DNA of 64,000 nt from Marsupella aquatica (lineage: Eukaryota > Plantae > Marchantiophyta): NCBI GenBank assembly GCA_973895155.1, contig OZ316895.1, forward strand, positions 18,423,880 to 18,487,879, written 5' to 3'. The notes below the pieces were generated by a model. It worked only from the letters and a program-made list of their open reading frames with translations, was not told the DNA's origin and did no database searches. Shown one piece after another: positions 1-11,163 of this stretch. Position 1 is the stretch's first letter. Each line of letters begins with the position of its first letter. Position numbers and translations under genes: made by a program.

Positions 1-1
1 T

Positions 2-166
2 GGGCACCCTCTTGACACCGTTCGTATTCGCCTGCAACAGCCGCGAGTCGTACCTAGTCTTGCACCCACGACATGTATGGGCCTTCTTCGTCACATCGCA
101 AAAACTGAGGGCCCTCTTGCTCTGTATAAGGGCATGACCTCCCCTCTTTCGACCATTGCATTCCAG
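2..166 (+). CDS. BAC2: Mitochondrial basic amino acid (arginine/ornithine) carrier, upstream exon, 5'-truncated by window edge
   Basis: Frame 2 reads GHPLDTVRIRLQQP...LYKGMTSPLSTIAFQ, with the carrier signature PxDxxRxR. It ends at CAG|GT (donor 167) and joins in frame to NAVAFQ at 1197. Confidence 0.88.
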
Positions 167-1196
167 GTCAAATCCCTTTCGCTTCTACCAAAGCAGTGGA
201 CTTCGTTCTCCTTTTTTTTATTGGAGATACATGAATTTGTGTAGGGATAGGGGATTGACGGCGAATTCGCTCTTTCCTGGGTAGTGGGTAATTGATTTTG
301 CCTGAATGATTTTGGAATGAGTCGATGGAGTTCCACGCTTTTCACCGCTTCATCCTTTTGCCCATTGCTCCGCTGGGGTGTTGTTGAATCTGCAAGTCAG
401 TCATTTTGTATTTTCTAATTAATTTCTTCTTTCATAGTCCTTGATCAGAGGGACCCATCGAACTGTGCAGGAAGTGTCCTTCTGTTGCTGGTTTGCTTCG
501 TTTTCTAATGACAAATCGTGTCGAGGACCTTCCATTCGTTCCATGTTTGCTTGCTCTCTGCTCGAGTTCGCAAATCCTCTGGGATTTCATTTCTTATGAT
601 TTGATAAACTTAGGTTACTGTCTATTTCCTTTGTCTGATAGGGTCTGTTAGGTCCCTAAATTGTTCGTGTAATTTGCTCTCCGGCTGCTATCGATCAGCG
701 TGCTGCAGAGGGAAATTGACCTTTCCCTGTGTGAGAAACTTTAGTCTAAATGGGTGTACGTCCCCTGAGACCAGCTCAACAATGCCTCCGAAGGAATAAT
801 GGAAGCTTGAATCCTGTCGAGATAACTGCTAGGGATAGTCTATGGCACAAGTCTCACTGGTGTTCATAACAGATGCCTACATCTATACTTATTTGGACAA
901 TCACGACTGTATTCCTCGCAATAATGAAATTGCGGACGACCGCGCTCTCTACATTTGAGGGTCTTGTTGAGGATGGTCTCTGTCGCAAGTGAGTAGTCCA
1001 AACTTGCGGCTGTAGCAATTGACAGCGGGTGTGACCATCGGACACAAGGCCCTCATTCAGTGCGCAAGTAGCCCAAATAGCGTGTATGACCATCCGACAG
1101 AGTCGCTGGTAGGGCTGGACTTTGTCGCCTCAAGCAATGCAAGGAAGCACAAAACATAAGTCGTGGTCCTAACGGAATTCATTTTTCGCCTTGCAG
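167..1196 (+). other. GT-AG intron (1030 bp) of the BAC2-like gene
   Basis: GT at 167; pyrimidine tract TTTTTCGCCTTGCAG ending at 1196; splicing restores IAFQ|NAVAFQ in frame. Confidence 0.88.
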
Positions 1197-1919
1197 AACG
1201 CAGTAGCTTTCCAAACGTATGCGGCCTTGTCACGAGTGTTACAAGGGAAACAAACAGATGACCCGCTGTCGTTCGACAAGGTAGCTCTCGCAGGCGTCGG
1301 CGCTGGAACCCTGCAGACTCTGATTCTTACTCCAGTGGACTTGATTAAAATTCGATTGCAATTGCTGACCATCCCAGTTCCTTCCCGGCAAACAGTATCA
1401 GCTCCAGGGCCAGTGGATGTCATGCGAGACATACTGCGACGTGACGGAATCAGAGGTCTCTACAGAGGGCTGGGAATTACGGTGATTCGAGACGCTCCTA
1501 GCCATGCTGTCTACTTTGGGACCTACGAGTTTACTCGCGAGTGGTTGCATCCAGGTTGCCGCAAGAATTGCGATGAGTCGCTGCTGACAATGCTCCATGC
1601 AGGCGGGCTCGCAGGAGCTTTTAGTTGGATTTGCTGTTACCCTCTCGATGTCGTCAAGTCTCGGCTGCAAGGGCAAGGAGGTGGCATTGGGGGTGCGCCA
1701 AGTGCTGGGCTACCCCGTTACAACGGCATAATTGACTGCATGAGAAAGAGCGTCCGCGAGGAAGGACTCAAGGTCTTATGGCGGGGACTTGGCACAGCTG
1801 TGGCGCGTGCGTACCTCGTGAATGGTGCCATCTTCTCTGCCTATGAAATGACTGTCCGATTCTTATCTCCAGGCCCTCCTCGAGACTTAGGGCTGAAAGC
1901 CATAGACATCCCTACTTAG
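1197..1919 (+). CDS. BAC2: Mitochondrial basic amino acid carrier, last exon
   Basis: Carrier repeats PVDLIKIRLQ and PLDVVKSRLQ; RDAPSHAVYFGTYE, LHPGCRK and LWRGLGTAVARAYLVNGAIF closely resemble Arabidopsis BAC2 as recalled. The ORF-track TTG start at 1191 is really the splice acceptor. Confidence 0.92.
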   Translation, partial: NAVAFQTYAALSRVLQGKQTDDPLSFDKVALAGVGAGTLQTLILTPVDLIKIRLQLLTIPVPSRQTVSAPGPVDVMRDILRRDGIRGLYRGLGITVIRDAPSHAVYFGTYEFTREWLHPGCRKNCDESLLTMLHAGGLAGAFSWICCYPLDVVKSRLQGQGGGIGGAPSAGLPRYNGIIDCMRKSVREEGLKVLWRGLGTAVARAYLVNGAIFSAYEMTVRFLSPGPPRDLGLKAIDIPT

Positions 1920-3554
1920 TCGTCGAACTTCTCCACTTTCGGATAGACTAATCGTTTATCCAATTCGACGGCTCTGTCCGTCGTCGGAATATGGTCGATC
2001 TGAGCACGGCTGGTGCGTTGATTTTGAGCTCCGGCTGTGAAGGAGGAGAGGATTTATGGTAAGCTGGCCCGGAGCAGAGGACAAGGCGAAAATGATATTA
2101 CCTACCTTTCCTGCAACGATCATGCAACAAATATGGGAAAGATGATTGTTTACCAAGCGATGATGCGGCACCCGAAAGATACAATGTGAAAATTCTCATT
2201 GTTGAGATTGTAGGATTTTAAGAAATTTCTGTGATAGGATGGTAGTCTTCTTGGGATCGTTGCGCAAGAGCTGGCTAGCCGTACCAGGGAACGGCTCGTC
2301 GATGAGTAGCGTTTTTATATAATTGTGTTTCGTGGACTGAGCGAAAGTATGCAACCGTCTCAAGGGCTGATGTACTTTCCGAGTTTTACACCTGTGCATG
2401 AATTTAGTGAGGGTATAATGAGGTTAGGTCGCCTTTGTGGACCTATCAAAACCTGTAGATAGATATGCAGTCTACTTGATGCATTGTTAGCAAAGCGTGG
2501 AGATGGGTCCGATGCTTGTATTTGCTGATAATCTGTTGATATCTGAAGTGCGCAATGGTTTGGAAACACATCTTTTTGCGTCTCGACAAATTATAGAAAA
2601 GGTGCTGTCAGGCGAACTTGATAAGGATGCTTGCTATTACAGCGACAGTATATTGGACATATTGTTTGCGAGACCAGTAGGAGAGAAGAACATATAACAT
2701 TCCCAGCCATCAAATAAACTGTTGTAACCACTCCAGTACATTCGACAGAAAGTAATTGCAAACTCCAAATTAGGTTCAATATCATCAAAGAGCTCAAATT
2801 CCACGACGGGAATTTCTTTCTTCCAGTCTGTGCTGTGTCCCTCACCAATTGGTTGAGTAGCTTTGGATAAATTGCAGTTCGTCTATGCGCAAGAAGATTG
2901 ATTGTGTGACGGGTCCCGTTCGTCTACTGCACTTTCCGATTTGCTATCAAGCTTCCTCCCGCTTGTCATTTGACGGAACATAGACTTTTTTTTTCCTATT
3001 CAGGATTGTTGATAGATTTGACAACCCGTCCAAGCAGTACCTTCTATCACTCTCCACAGTAATGTAATGTTTCATCCGATTCCCTGGCACCTTCTACCAC
3101 TCTACGCAGTAATTTAATATTAAATTTATCCGATTCCCTGGCAGTAAGGATGGAACAAAACGAGGAGTCTCCTGTCTACTGGAAGCCAATACTCGTTCAC
3201 ACAGAGGAATGGCTTCGACCGTTATAAGTTACATTAAGCATGTTACCAAAGAAAATAGACAAATCAGTCTAGTCTCTACTTCTCGCCATTCCTAGTGAAA
3301 TCTATCAACGATGTATCAAGCACAGCCTCTTGCGCTTCCTACTTAAATCTATAAACAATCATAAACAAGGCACAGCCGATGGAATAAGCACCAGTGTGAT
3401 AGTAATCTACTGGGCGAGTACTTCGGAGTACCATAAAACCATAATCATACTGCTCGAGGTGGTGCTAGAGTTCAAGAGCCTTGACACCGTGAGATTTTTG
3501 ACGTAGAATCTCACCCCATTATTGTAGAACTTAAAAGTCCGGATGGACTGGTAG

Positions 3555-3714
3555 ATTGTACATGAAACCCCCATGGATAAATGAAACTTGGATGGACTGG
3601 GCTAAAACATATAAATATGCATGGATACTAATGTATTGTACATGAAACCCCCATGGATAAATGAAATTTGGATGGACTGGGCTAAAACATATAAATATGC
3701 ATGGATACTAATGT
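3555..3714. repeat. Tandem duplication, 2 x 80 bp
   Basis: ATTGTACATGAAACCCCCATGG...GATACTAATGT at 3555-3634 and 3635-3714, one mismatch seen. Confidence 0.9.
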
Positions 3715-4977
3715 TTATTTTTCTGTCCATACAGAACAGTGTCAAATGACCAAAGCATCACTTCTGTCCAAAGATTTTCCCTGTCACTAACTTTGTCCTC
3801 ACTCATATCTTAAAGATATTTTGTCAGAGGCCATAGCACTTTAATTGAAGGCTTCGCTCCATTCCCCAAATAGAGTTCAATAAAAATATAAAGTACATTT
3901 AGGCCCTTATATAAATACCTGATTTGGCGTCTATGGTTTATGAATGCTTTACATTTTACTCATAGTGTCTCAAGTAATTTGCTCAATGGTAAAGTACCAA
4001 ATGAACTTAATTTACTCAAAATTATTTTTTAATGTTTGTAACCCCCCTAAAAAGGAAGCAAGCAACACAATGACTCATGAACCAAAGGAACAATTCTCAC
4101 CAAGGGAGGCTATGGGGCAAATCTAATGCCAAATAACCTCAATATTTAAAATGGATTCATATTTTTCTACACATTAAAGACCCTAGGGCATTGACACTTT
4201 ACGGAATGACTATACTATTTTCAGAAATTGTTTTACATAATCTTGTATTTTATATAACATTGTTCTTGTTACCGAGATTGAATAAAGGTTTTCGTTGTGG
4301 AGCTAAAGGAAATTTTAATTTGCATAAGCAATTGTTGAATACTATTTTTGACAGACCATTGTTCTTGTTGTAGATAATGTTTTGACTAATTTATTGCCAT
4401 AGTGCTACTTGAGATTTTTTGGGGAAGTTTTGTGAATGAATCCTATTTTTTTGAGAGCGCTGCTCTTGTTCCAAGGAGCACTTCAAATACTTTGCCGTGG
4501 AGATGCGGAAGATTTGAAATGTGTATTTTCATTCCATTTTGACATTCTCAATTTGACTTTGAGGTGAGCACATAATGTTCTTAGAGGGACAGAAATGTAG
4601 GTAATCAATTAATGAAAAAGTTTACCATCCATTTATAGTTGGGCTGTCTCATAATTAGGTGTAAAATAGTCTGTCCCCTCTGTCACAATCCATGGGGATA
4701 GATGGGGTTATGGTAACAGTCCATCCAAGCTTTTGTTTTCATTATTGTATGTTGCAATGATTTTTGGATAGCAAATTACTTGCTGAAAATATTCTAAGAA
4801 ATATTTACCCTTATTGTTATAATGATTTTTGCATAGAAGATTAGTTACTTAAAATATTCCTAGGAAGATCATCGACCACTGATTGTATAGAACAAGCTAT
4901 TCCATAATTTGAATTCTTAGGTATGAAATCGAGCTTACTATTCATAAGATGTATCTACACGAAGATGTATTTACACC

Positions 4978-5328
4978 CAGACCAGGGTGAGCCCCAACGG
5001 ATCCGACAGGGACCCGCACCAGGAAGGAGAGAGTATTAAATCAGGGCCACAAAGGGACCCGCACCAGGAAGGAGAGAGTATTAAATCAGGGCCACAAAGT
5101 GGACGACCAGGGGCCGAGCAGATAATTAGAACTCCAATCCACTACCCACAAAACCCATCCCACCCACACACATATACCCTCCACACCCCAGTGTGTGGAG
5201 GGGAGATTGAACCTGGGACCTCTCAGTTCCAGGCAAATCCCCTAGCCAATTGACTAGAAACACTGTCACATTGAGATGGGGGAGTCTAATTGTATTTCCT
5301 CCCCATTTCCATTCAAGACAAAAAAAAA
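4978..5328. mobile_element. Short insertion with a tRNA-derived (SINE-like) segment
   Basis: Flanked by ATGTATTTACACC at 4965-4977 and 5329-5341 (possible TSD); A-run at 5320-5329. The minus strand has a pol III A-box-like TAGTCAATTGG (5246-5256) and a B-box-like GGTTCAATCTCC (5202-5213). Confidence 0.45.
5008..5097. repeat. Tandem duplication, 2 x 45 bp
   Basis: AGGGACCCGCACCAGGAAGGAGAGAGTATTAAATCAGGGCCACAA repeated twice. Confidence 0.9.
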
Positions 5329-5428
5329 ATGTATTTACACCGGTCAAATTATTGACTTAAGATTCATCACCGAGAAAAAAAATGTATTTACACGGGTCAA
5401 ATTATTGACTTAAGATTCATCACCGAGA
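5321..5428. repeat. Tandem duplication, 2 x about 52 bp
   Basis: AAAAAAAATGTATTTACAC(C/G)GGTCAAATTATTGACTTAAGATTCATCACCGAGA twice. Confidence 0.85.
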
Positions 5429-5440
5429 GCACACTAATCA

Positions 5441-5690
5441 TTTGGACTTTTCCAGCGTTTGGATTATCCCATCGTTCGGACGCACGCTATCGAAAGGTGC
5501 ACCCATAGTTCGGGACTTTCCAGCGATTGGACTATCCCATCATTCAAACTGTCCCATGTTCGAACGCACGTTATCGAAAGGTGTACCCAGTGTTTGGACT
5601 ATCCCATCGTTCAGACTATCCTATCGTTCACACACACGCTATCGAATGGTGTGTACCCATTGTTCGGAATAACTCTCAGGTTTGGACACC
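5441..5690. repeat. Degenerate minisatellite
   Basis: Recurrent motifs TTGGACTATCCCATCGTTC, ACGCTATCGAAAGGTG and GGACTTTCCAGCG, several imperfect copies. Confidence 0.7.
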
Positions 5691-7329
5691 TACAATAACT
5701 CTCAGGTAAAAGAAATTTGATTCTCTATATATATAGAACTATTGGCTCACAGGTTCAAGTTTAGAGTTAGTGATACATGTACTCTGCATCTAGCGCTTGT
5801 CCTACCCTGAGATTCTTTCTTTTGCAACCTTCAATGTTTGATCATAACACTCATCCTCAACCTCAGAATGGTGGGCATGTTCACCTCAGTCGCTTGGACA
5901 TATGGTCATGACGATCAGAAGAAATCGAGAGTATCACATTATGAGAAGCACCAGCGTTGGGCCTGAGAGAGCAATGGCAGTTGCAATTTGACAATGATCA
6001 ATGGTACTAGAAGATGGATATCGATCTTGGCTTTGACTACCGACTAGCCATGAACCTCTCAAACATCGTGTTGAAAGACAAAAAAGCTTTAGACCGTGAA
6101 CAGTTGTACACATAGTACCTATTAAGTAATAGAGTGGAACATTACACCGAGTGTGCTCCTATCCCACACAATTATTTTGTAAGCAAAGTAACCCTCACTC
6201 CTCGGAAGACGAGTTGGAAGAATTTAACAAGTGAATGGCAAGTCATGACATGAAGGATTGTCAGGTGTTATTAAGAAATAATGTAGTTACCAATTGCGAA
6301 AAAAATTCCATAATATATGCTCCGATCTCGCATCGTGCAGATGGAAAAAATGTCAATCCAAATTTCAGGAATGCAGTTCACAGTACAAACAAGACCCTAA
6401 AATCATCTGAGACACGATCCCCTGTACAGTCGCACAGAACGGATGAACAACTGAGGACTCGACCAATCGTTACTACTAACGACAACGCGCATAGAAGAAT
6501 TACACCCGTGGTAGAAGGCAAGTAACTCTGCAACTTCAACTGATATTTACCAAAGCTCGTAATACTTCTAGGCTTGGACTTAGCCAACGATCAACCCAAC
6601 GTAATTCCTGGCAAATGCTTCGCTTTCGTGGCAATCTTTTTGATCGATTGCTCTCAGTCTTCGTTCGCATGCAATCTTTTCCCTTCCTCGCTCTACACAA
6701 GAAAGGTCGTAAATTGACACCTTCCATTTTGATAAGCCGTGTAAAGTCACAGAAGGATGTTGCTTAATGCTCTGTGTCTACAATAATCTGCAAACGGTGA
6801 AATCTACACACGAAGTCAAGAACGACTCACTCTATCGGTTCGAATACAACCACAAATCTTCGTTCTTGCACCGGCAATTCATTTAATTCATGGTACCCAG
6901 AACAGGACAAACAGCGAATCATTCCGCATCTCTGAATTCAGAGTCTAAGGCCAGCAATTTCCATTAAAGAGCTTAATTTTCAAGTCTACACGTATGCTTC
7001 CCATAGCTCCCAAACCGAAGAGATCCAACGGGTTATCCGGTTCATCGTCGCTGGTACACCAGAGCTTTGAAGACCTTGCCAGATGTTGCTTGCAACCCAA
7101 TATCCAGAGCGCACTCGGACCACTTTGAAAAGAAACCCTAAACCTTCCACTTTCCGAGTCGGACATGAACTTCGCGCCGTAGAAGTTGACAACCTCCGAA
7201 ATCCCAAACCGCTAGACCTTCGCTTGATGAAAGTCACTAGGCTGTAACCACTACAACGATAGCGTGCATGCACGGCAGCAAGAGCGCACACAAGTGTACA
7301 AAGGTCATCTTGTTCAAATCACTTCAGTT

Positions 7330-7980
7330 TCAACGAACAATATATGAATATTGGTCCTCTCGAATTAGGTACGAGTAGCCAATTGAAGCCAGAGTGGGAA
7401 GGAGGAACGCTACAATGATTGCAACGAAATCCCAGAATCCATTGGGAAGAATGAACGCAAGAACGACGAGAGCAATTCCAGCAACAACGTAGAACTTGTA
7501 CGCCCACGCATGAGTCTTCTCCCAAACCTGAGGGCTTCTAAGAGTCCAAAGGTCCCGAATGCCAACTACGTAGTTCTGCTCTATGCTGTAGAAGATGAAG
7601 CCGATGCCGATCAGTAAGAGCCCGCAGACGAAGACGATGGAGGATGTGCCAAGAGTGTGCCCTGCCAAGCCCGCAATGAGGACGATGATGTGAAGAACCA
7701 GAGCTGTGGCCGTAGGGAGGACGATGGTTGCTCCAACAGATGCGCGCGACGGGGGTGTGTGCGAGGCTACTAGTGGGTCACACTGTACAAATAACGCTAG
7801 GAAGAGCGAGATCACGAGGCCCCCTGCAGGTATCAGAAATGAGAGTATGAGTTTCGGGACCTCCGCTCCATATACGCTCACGTTCTCCGGCTCAAAAGGC
7901 CACACTATCAGTCCCAGTACTACTCCAATGAGTGCCACTATCCCTGCCGCCTGCAACGCTTGAATTGAGTTTCCTGCCAT
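7330..7980 (-). CDS. Intronless SdpI/YhfL-family multi-pass membrane protein (about 216 aa from the ATG at 7980)
   Basis: About six hydrophobic helices plus the motif IEQNYVVGIRDLWTLRSPQVWEKTHAWA, matching the recalled SdpI consensus N-x-x-x-G-I-R-T-x-W-T-L-x-S-x-x-V-W-x-K-T-H. The first ATG in the 255-codon ORF gives MAGNSIQ. Confidence 0.75.
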   Translation of the reverse strand: MAGNSIQALQAAGIVALIGVVLGLIVWPFEPENVSVYGAEVPKLILSFLIPAGGLVISLFLALFVQCDPLVASHTPPSRASVGATIVLPTATALVLHIIVLIAGLAGHTLGTSSIVFVCGLLLIGIGFIFYSIEQNYVVGIRDLWTLRSPQVWEKTHAWAYKFYVVAGIALVVLAFILPNGFWDFVAIIVAFLLPTLASIGYSYLIREDQYSYIVR

Positions 7981-9174
7981 TTCACTATTCGGGACTTCTG
8001 AGAAGTTCAACTTCAATCTGTCCTCTTCTCCTTCTGACACCGTGTTGGTTCGACGATTCGATGAATTGATCGATGAAGAAGATCCTTGCCTGCTCAATTA
8101 GGTCTGAGGCGAAATAAGAGAATTGAATCTCGTTCTCTCTCTCTCTCCCGCTTCTGTCAGTCCCTCGCCGATTGTACTCTGCTAATTGACCTCCCTCCGA
8201 AGATTTCTGCGGCGTCCAGTCCACGCCACCCGTCCGCTGAAGGGGAAGTGCAGAGGATACGCACAAACTCTGTCGACCTTTCCCTCGGTCCCTTCATGAG
8301 ACTGGACCCACTGCAACAATCCAAGTAAGCGTGTGCATCTTAAAAGCCTGCCTGCCTCGCCAAAACGCAACCACGTAGCGCACATGCAGAGACCACCATA
8401 GTGTGGAGTAGTGGAGTAGACTGACACAACGCTAGAGCATATCCGAGTTATCGAGTTTACCATTTTTAACTAGTAAGTGGGTCCAGGTGAATCATTTGCC
8501 CAGTTGGTGATGTAAAGTTCCTTCCGACCATTCATTGATTGCCACATAGGCAATTTTCCAGGGTGATTTAGCAGTCTGACGCTAAATGTTTTGCTCTTTG
8601 TTTGGTGATAGTTGTACACATGGATATGATTCCTAGCGAGACCTGCTAATGAATTACAGGTTTGGCTACAGTAGGGAACAGAAGATTGAAGCCATGTCCT
8701 GGGTCTCTTGGAGTAAGGTTTAAGGTCAGTAAGGATTCTAGTGTCTCACTCTTAGTTGAATTCCCCACCTCCACTTGCATTTTTCAAACATTCTGCTGTG
8801 GAGATAATACAGGAATGAGATGCAAGGTTTTAGGTTCTGTTTCTCTTTGGAGGAGTGTTTCCTCCCCTTGCAAGGACAAGGCAAGCACCATTTGAGTGCC
8901 TAAGATAATATAGGAATGGGGTTTAAGGCAGTGTGTACTGAACGTAACCAAATTAGATCGGTCCACTTTCTGGAAAATGATTTTATATTTTGTCCATGCT
9001 GCTAGTGACCATTGCTAAGATCAAAGGTAGCTATGGGAGGCAGGCTCAAGCCTACACCCATTGTGTGGGGTCAATTGTGGGCTGACAAGTAGTACAAAAA
9101 GAGTCACTTGGGTAATTAGTACAAGAACACTCAGGTCTAACTATAAAGATGATAACTGTAAATTATCCTTGAAA

Positions 9175-11163
9175 TTTTTCTTTTTTTTCTTTTAATAAAG
9201 TTGAAGCCAAGAAAACCCCATGGCAGGGGGGCACAAGCAGCAGCACCGCAAAAGCAAAAAGCAGCAACACTCTACTGGGAGAGCAGCCAGTGCAAGCAAC
9301 AACAGCAGCTAAACAGCAGCTAAGGGTCTGTCATCTTAGGCCAGCCCCAATCAGAGCCACCGACCAAGCCAAACAATGCCCAAATACAGCAGAGTCAGGA
9401 GCAAGAGATCTGTGCGACAGTGCATTGCAACCCTACTGTCCAACAAAGGCCTCAACTAGATGTGATCCACACTTGGCGGCTAGTCAGCCATGCTACTCTC
9501 TCCTGATTAATAAGTTCTTTAACTCGCAGCAGTCTAGTACGACGTCTGCCCGGGGACAGGCTCACCCCAACTGCTGTCCCATGTCAGCGGCCTCTGATAA
9601 TATAAACCTGAGATCAAATTTTCTGCAGCCATTTGCCTGAAAGTCATGCGTATTCCGACCTATCCATAGTGACCAGAGGATCTGAAAGAAATGAATAGAT
9701 GTGCAACTTTGTTGTGTTCTCTCCCAATGGTCAGATCAAGCATGTCTAGTAGTCTATTCAAGTAATCAGGAAAGGTGCCTTGGAAACAATGAGCACTTAA
9801 TGTCCAGCATCTTCAAGCAAGCATCTTCAAGCATGCACACACTGCACAAAGAGTGGGGGATGGTTTATGTAACACCATTGCACAACTTGCAAAAACCATC
9901 ACCTTTGCCAATGCGAACCTCTCTTATTCCCGTAAACAGACATGAGGCCAGTACCCTCCATACAAAAGTCTTGGCTTGTGAGGACAGGTCAGAGCACCAC
10001 ATTCCAGTCCAGGCCGCTTTCCATTCCCCTTTGGTTTTTGTGTTGTCCCAAGTGCGATTCAGGCGGGTAGAGAATAAGCCCGCTTGTTGGTGATTCTGAA
10101 AGTATTCATCAGGGCCAGTTGGTCTGCCCAGCGCTAACAACGAGCACTAGTAACATAATGCATACTGTATCCCTCAATGGCTTTAACCGCCTCCAGGAAC
10201 ATCCAGCAACATTCTCTCTCTCGTGTGGAAAAACCTCTGATGTGCTCCAGTTGTTCAGACATATCACGCCATGCGCTCAAATCCGCTGACCACAGGTCCT
10301 AAAGGCAACAGATGCCCAGGCGTCCACAAAGCACGGTGACCACCGCAGAATCCGCATTAGGCCATGACTGAACGCCCTTGAGCCAGCGGAGAGTATCGTT
10401 GACATTCCATCTTCCAGGCATGAAATCCCTAGGAGCAAAGATTAGGTGAGGTTGCAATTGCATCCAAACTTCCCATAACCCACCAGTGTATGTTAAGCCA
10501 CTAATGAGCGTGGAAAGCACAACAGCATTTTGTCCTTGAAGGAACACGGGTTCCTCCGGATCCACTTATAGTTCACCCAACTGACCAGTTTCAGGTTTTT
10601 AGCAAAGAGGCAGGCCCATTCTATGCCCGGGGAGTCCAATGCTCCAATGAACCATTTGGAGAGTAGAGCGTTAAGAGTGACAGCAAAAGTCCTTTATCCC
10701 CAGTCCACCCTCCATCCTAGACCTAGCCATTCTGGCCCATGAAACCAAAGGTCGATTTCCTCCTTCTGAGTTGTAGCCCCACAAAAAATCCCTATACAGT
10801 GCTATCAATTTCCTTGCCAGTCCCTCAGAAACTCGCAAGAACATAGAATGGTAAACGAGGATGGCCTGTAAAACATGTCTAATCAGAAGAGTTCTATCAG
10901 AAAATGATAACATCTTGTTAGCCCATGGGGATATTCGGGCACCAATTTTGTCTAGAATAAAAACAGTACAAATGATCCATCCTCAGCTCCACCCCCAATG
11001 GAGCACCCAAGTACTTTTCCAACTCACCTTTCCTGCTAATCACACACCCTATATTAATCAACCATCTGGGTATAGAAACCATTGCCAATGTTATAATCAT
11101 AGACTTACGCAGATTAAGTCTGGCTCTAGTTGCACATTCATAGCAGTGCAACACAATGGTGGG
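9175..11163 (-). pseudogene. Decayed L1-clade LINE ORF2 3' part (RT C-terminus, zf-RVT) with poly(A) tail
   Basis: Fragments YECATRARLNLRKS..KYLGAPLG, LSFSDRTLLIRHVLQAILVY..FLWG..LVSW..GGLGIKD and WCSDLSSQAKTFVWRVL..CKLC in different frames; T-rich run at 9175-9193 is the minus-strand A tail; interrupted at 11164 by an LTR. Confidence 0.8.

Noticed and set aside
5190-5268. Functional tRNA gene
   Set aside because: A/B boxes are present but I could not fold a convincing cloverleaf; better treated as a SINE-like relic.
1956-7300. Short ORFs (60-101 aa) between the two host genes, and antisense ORFs across the TEs
   Set aside because: No recognisable motifs; several are translations of tandem repeats or shadows of real ORFs on the opposite strand.
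7981-8097. TTG-initiated N-terminal extension of the SdpI-like ORF
   Set aside because: In a eukaryotic context the first ATG at 7980 is preferred; an upstream spliced exon cannot be excluded.
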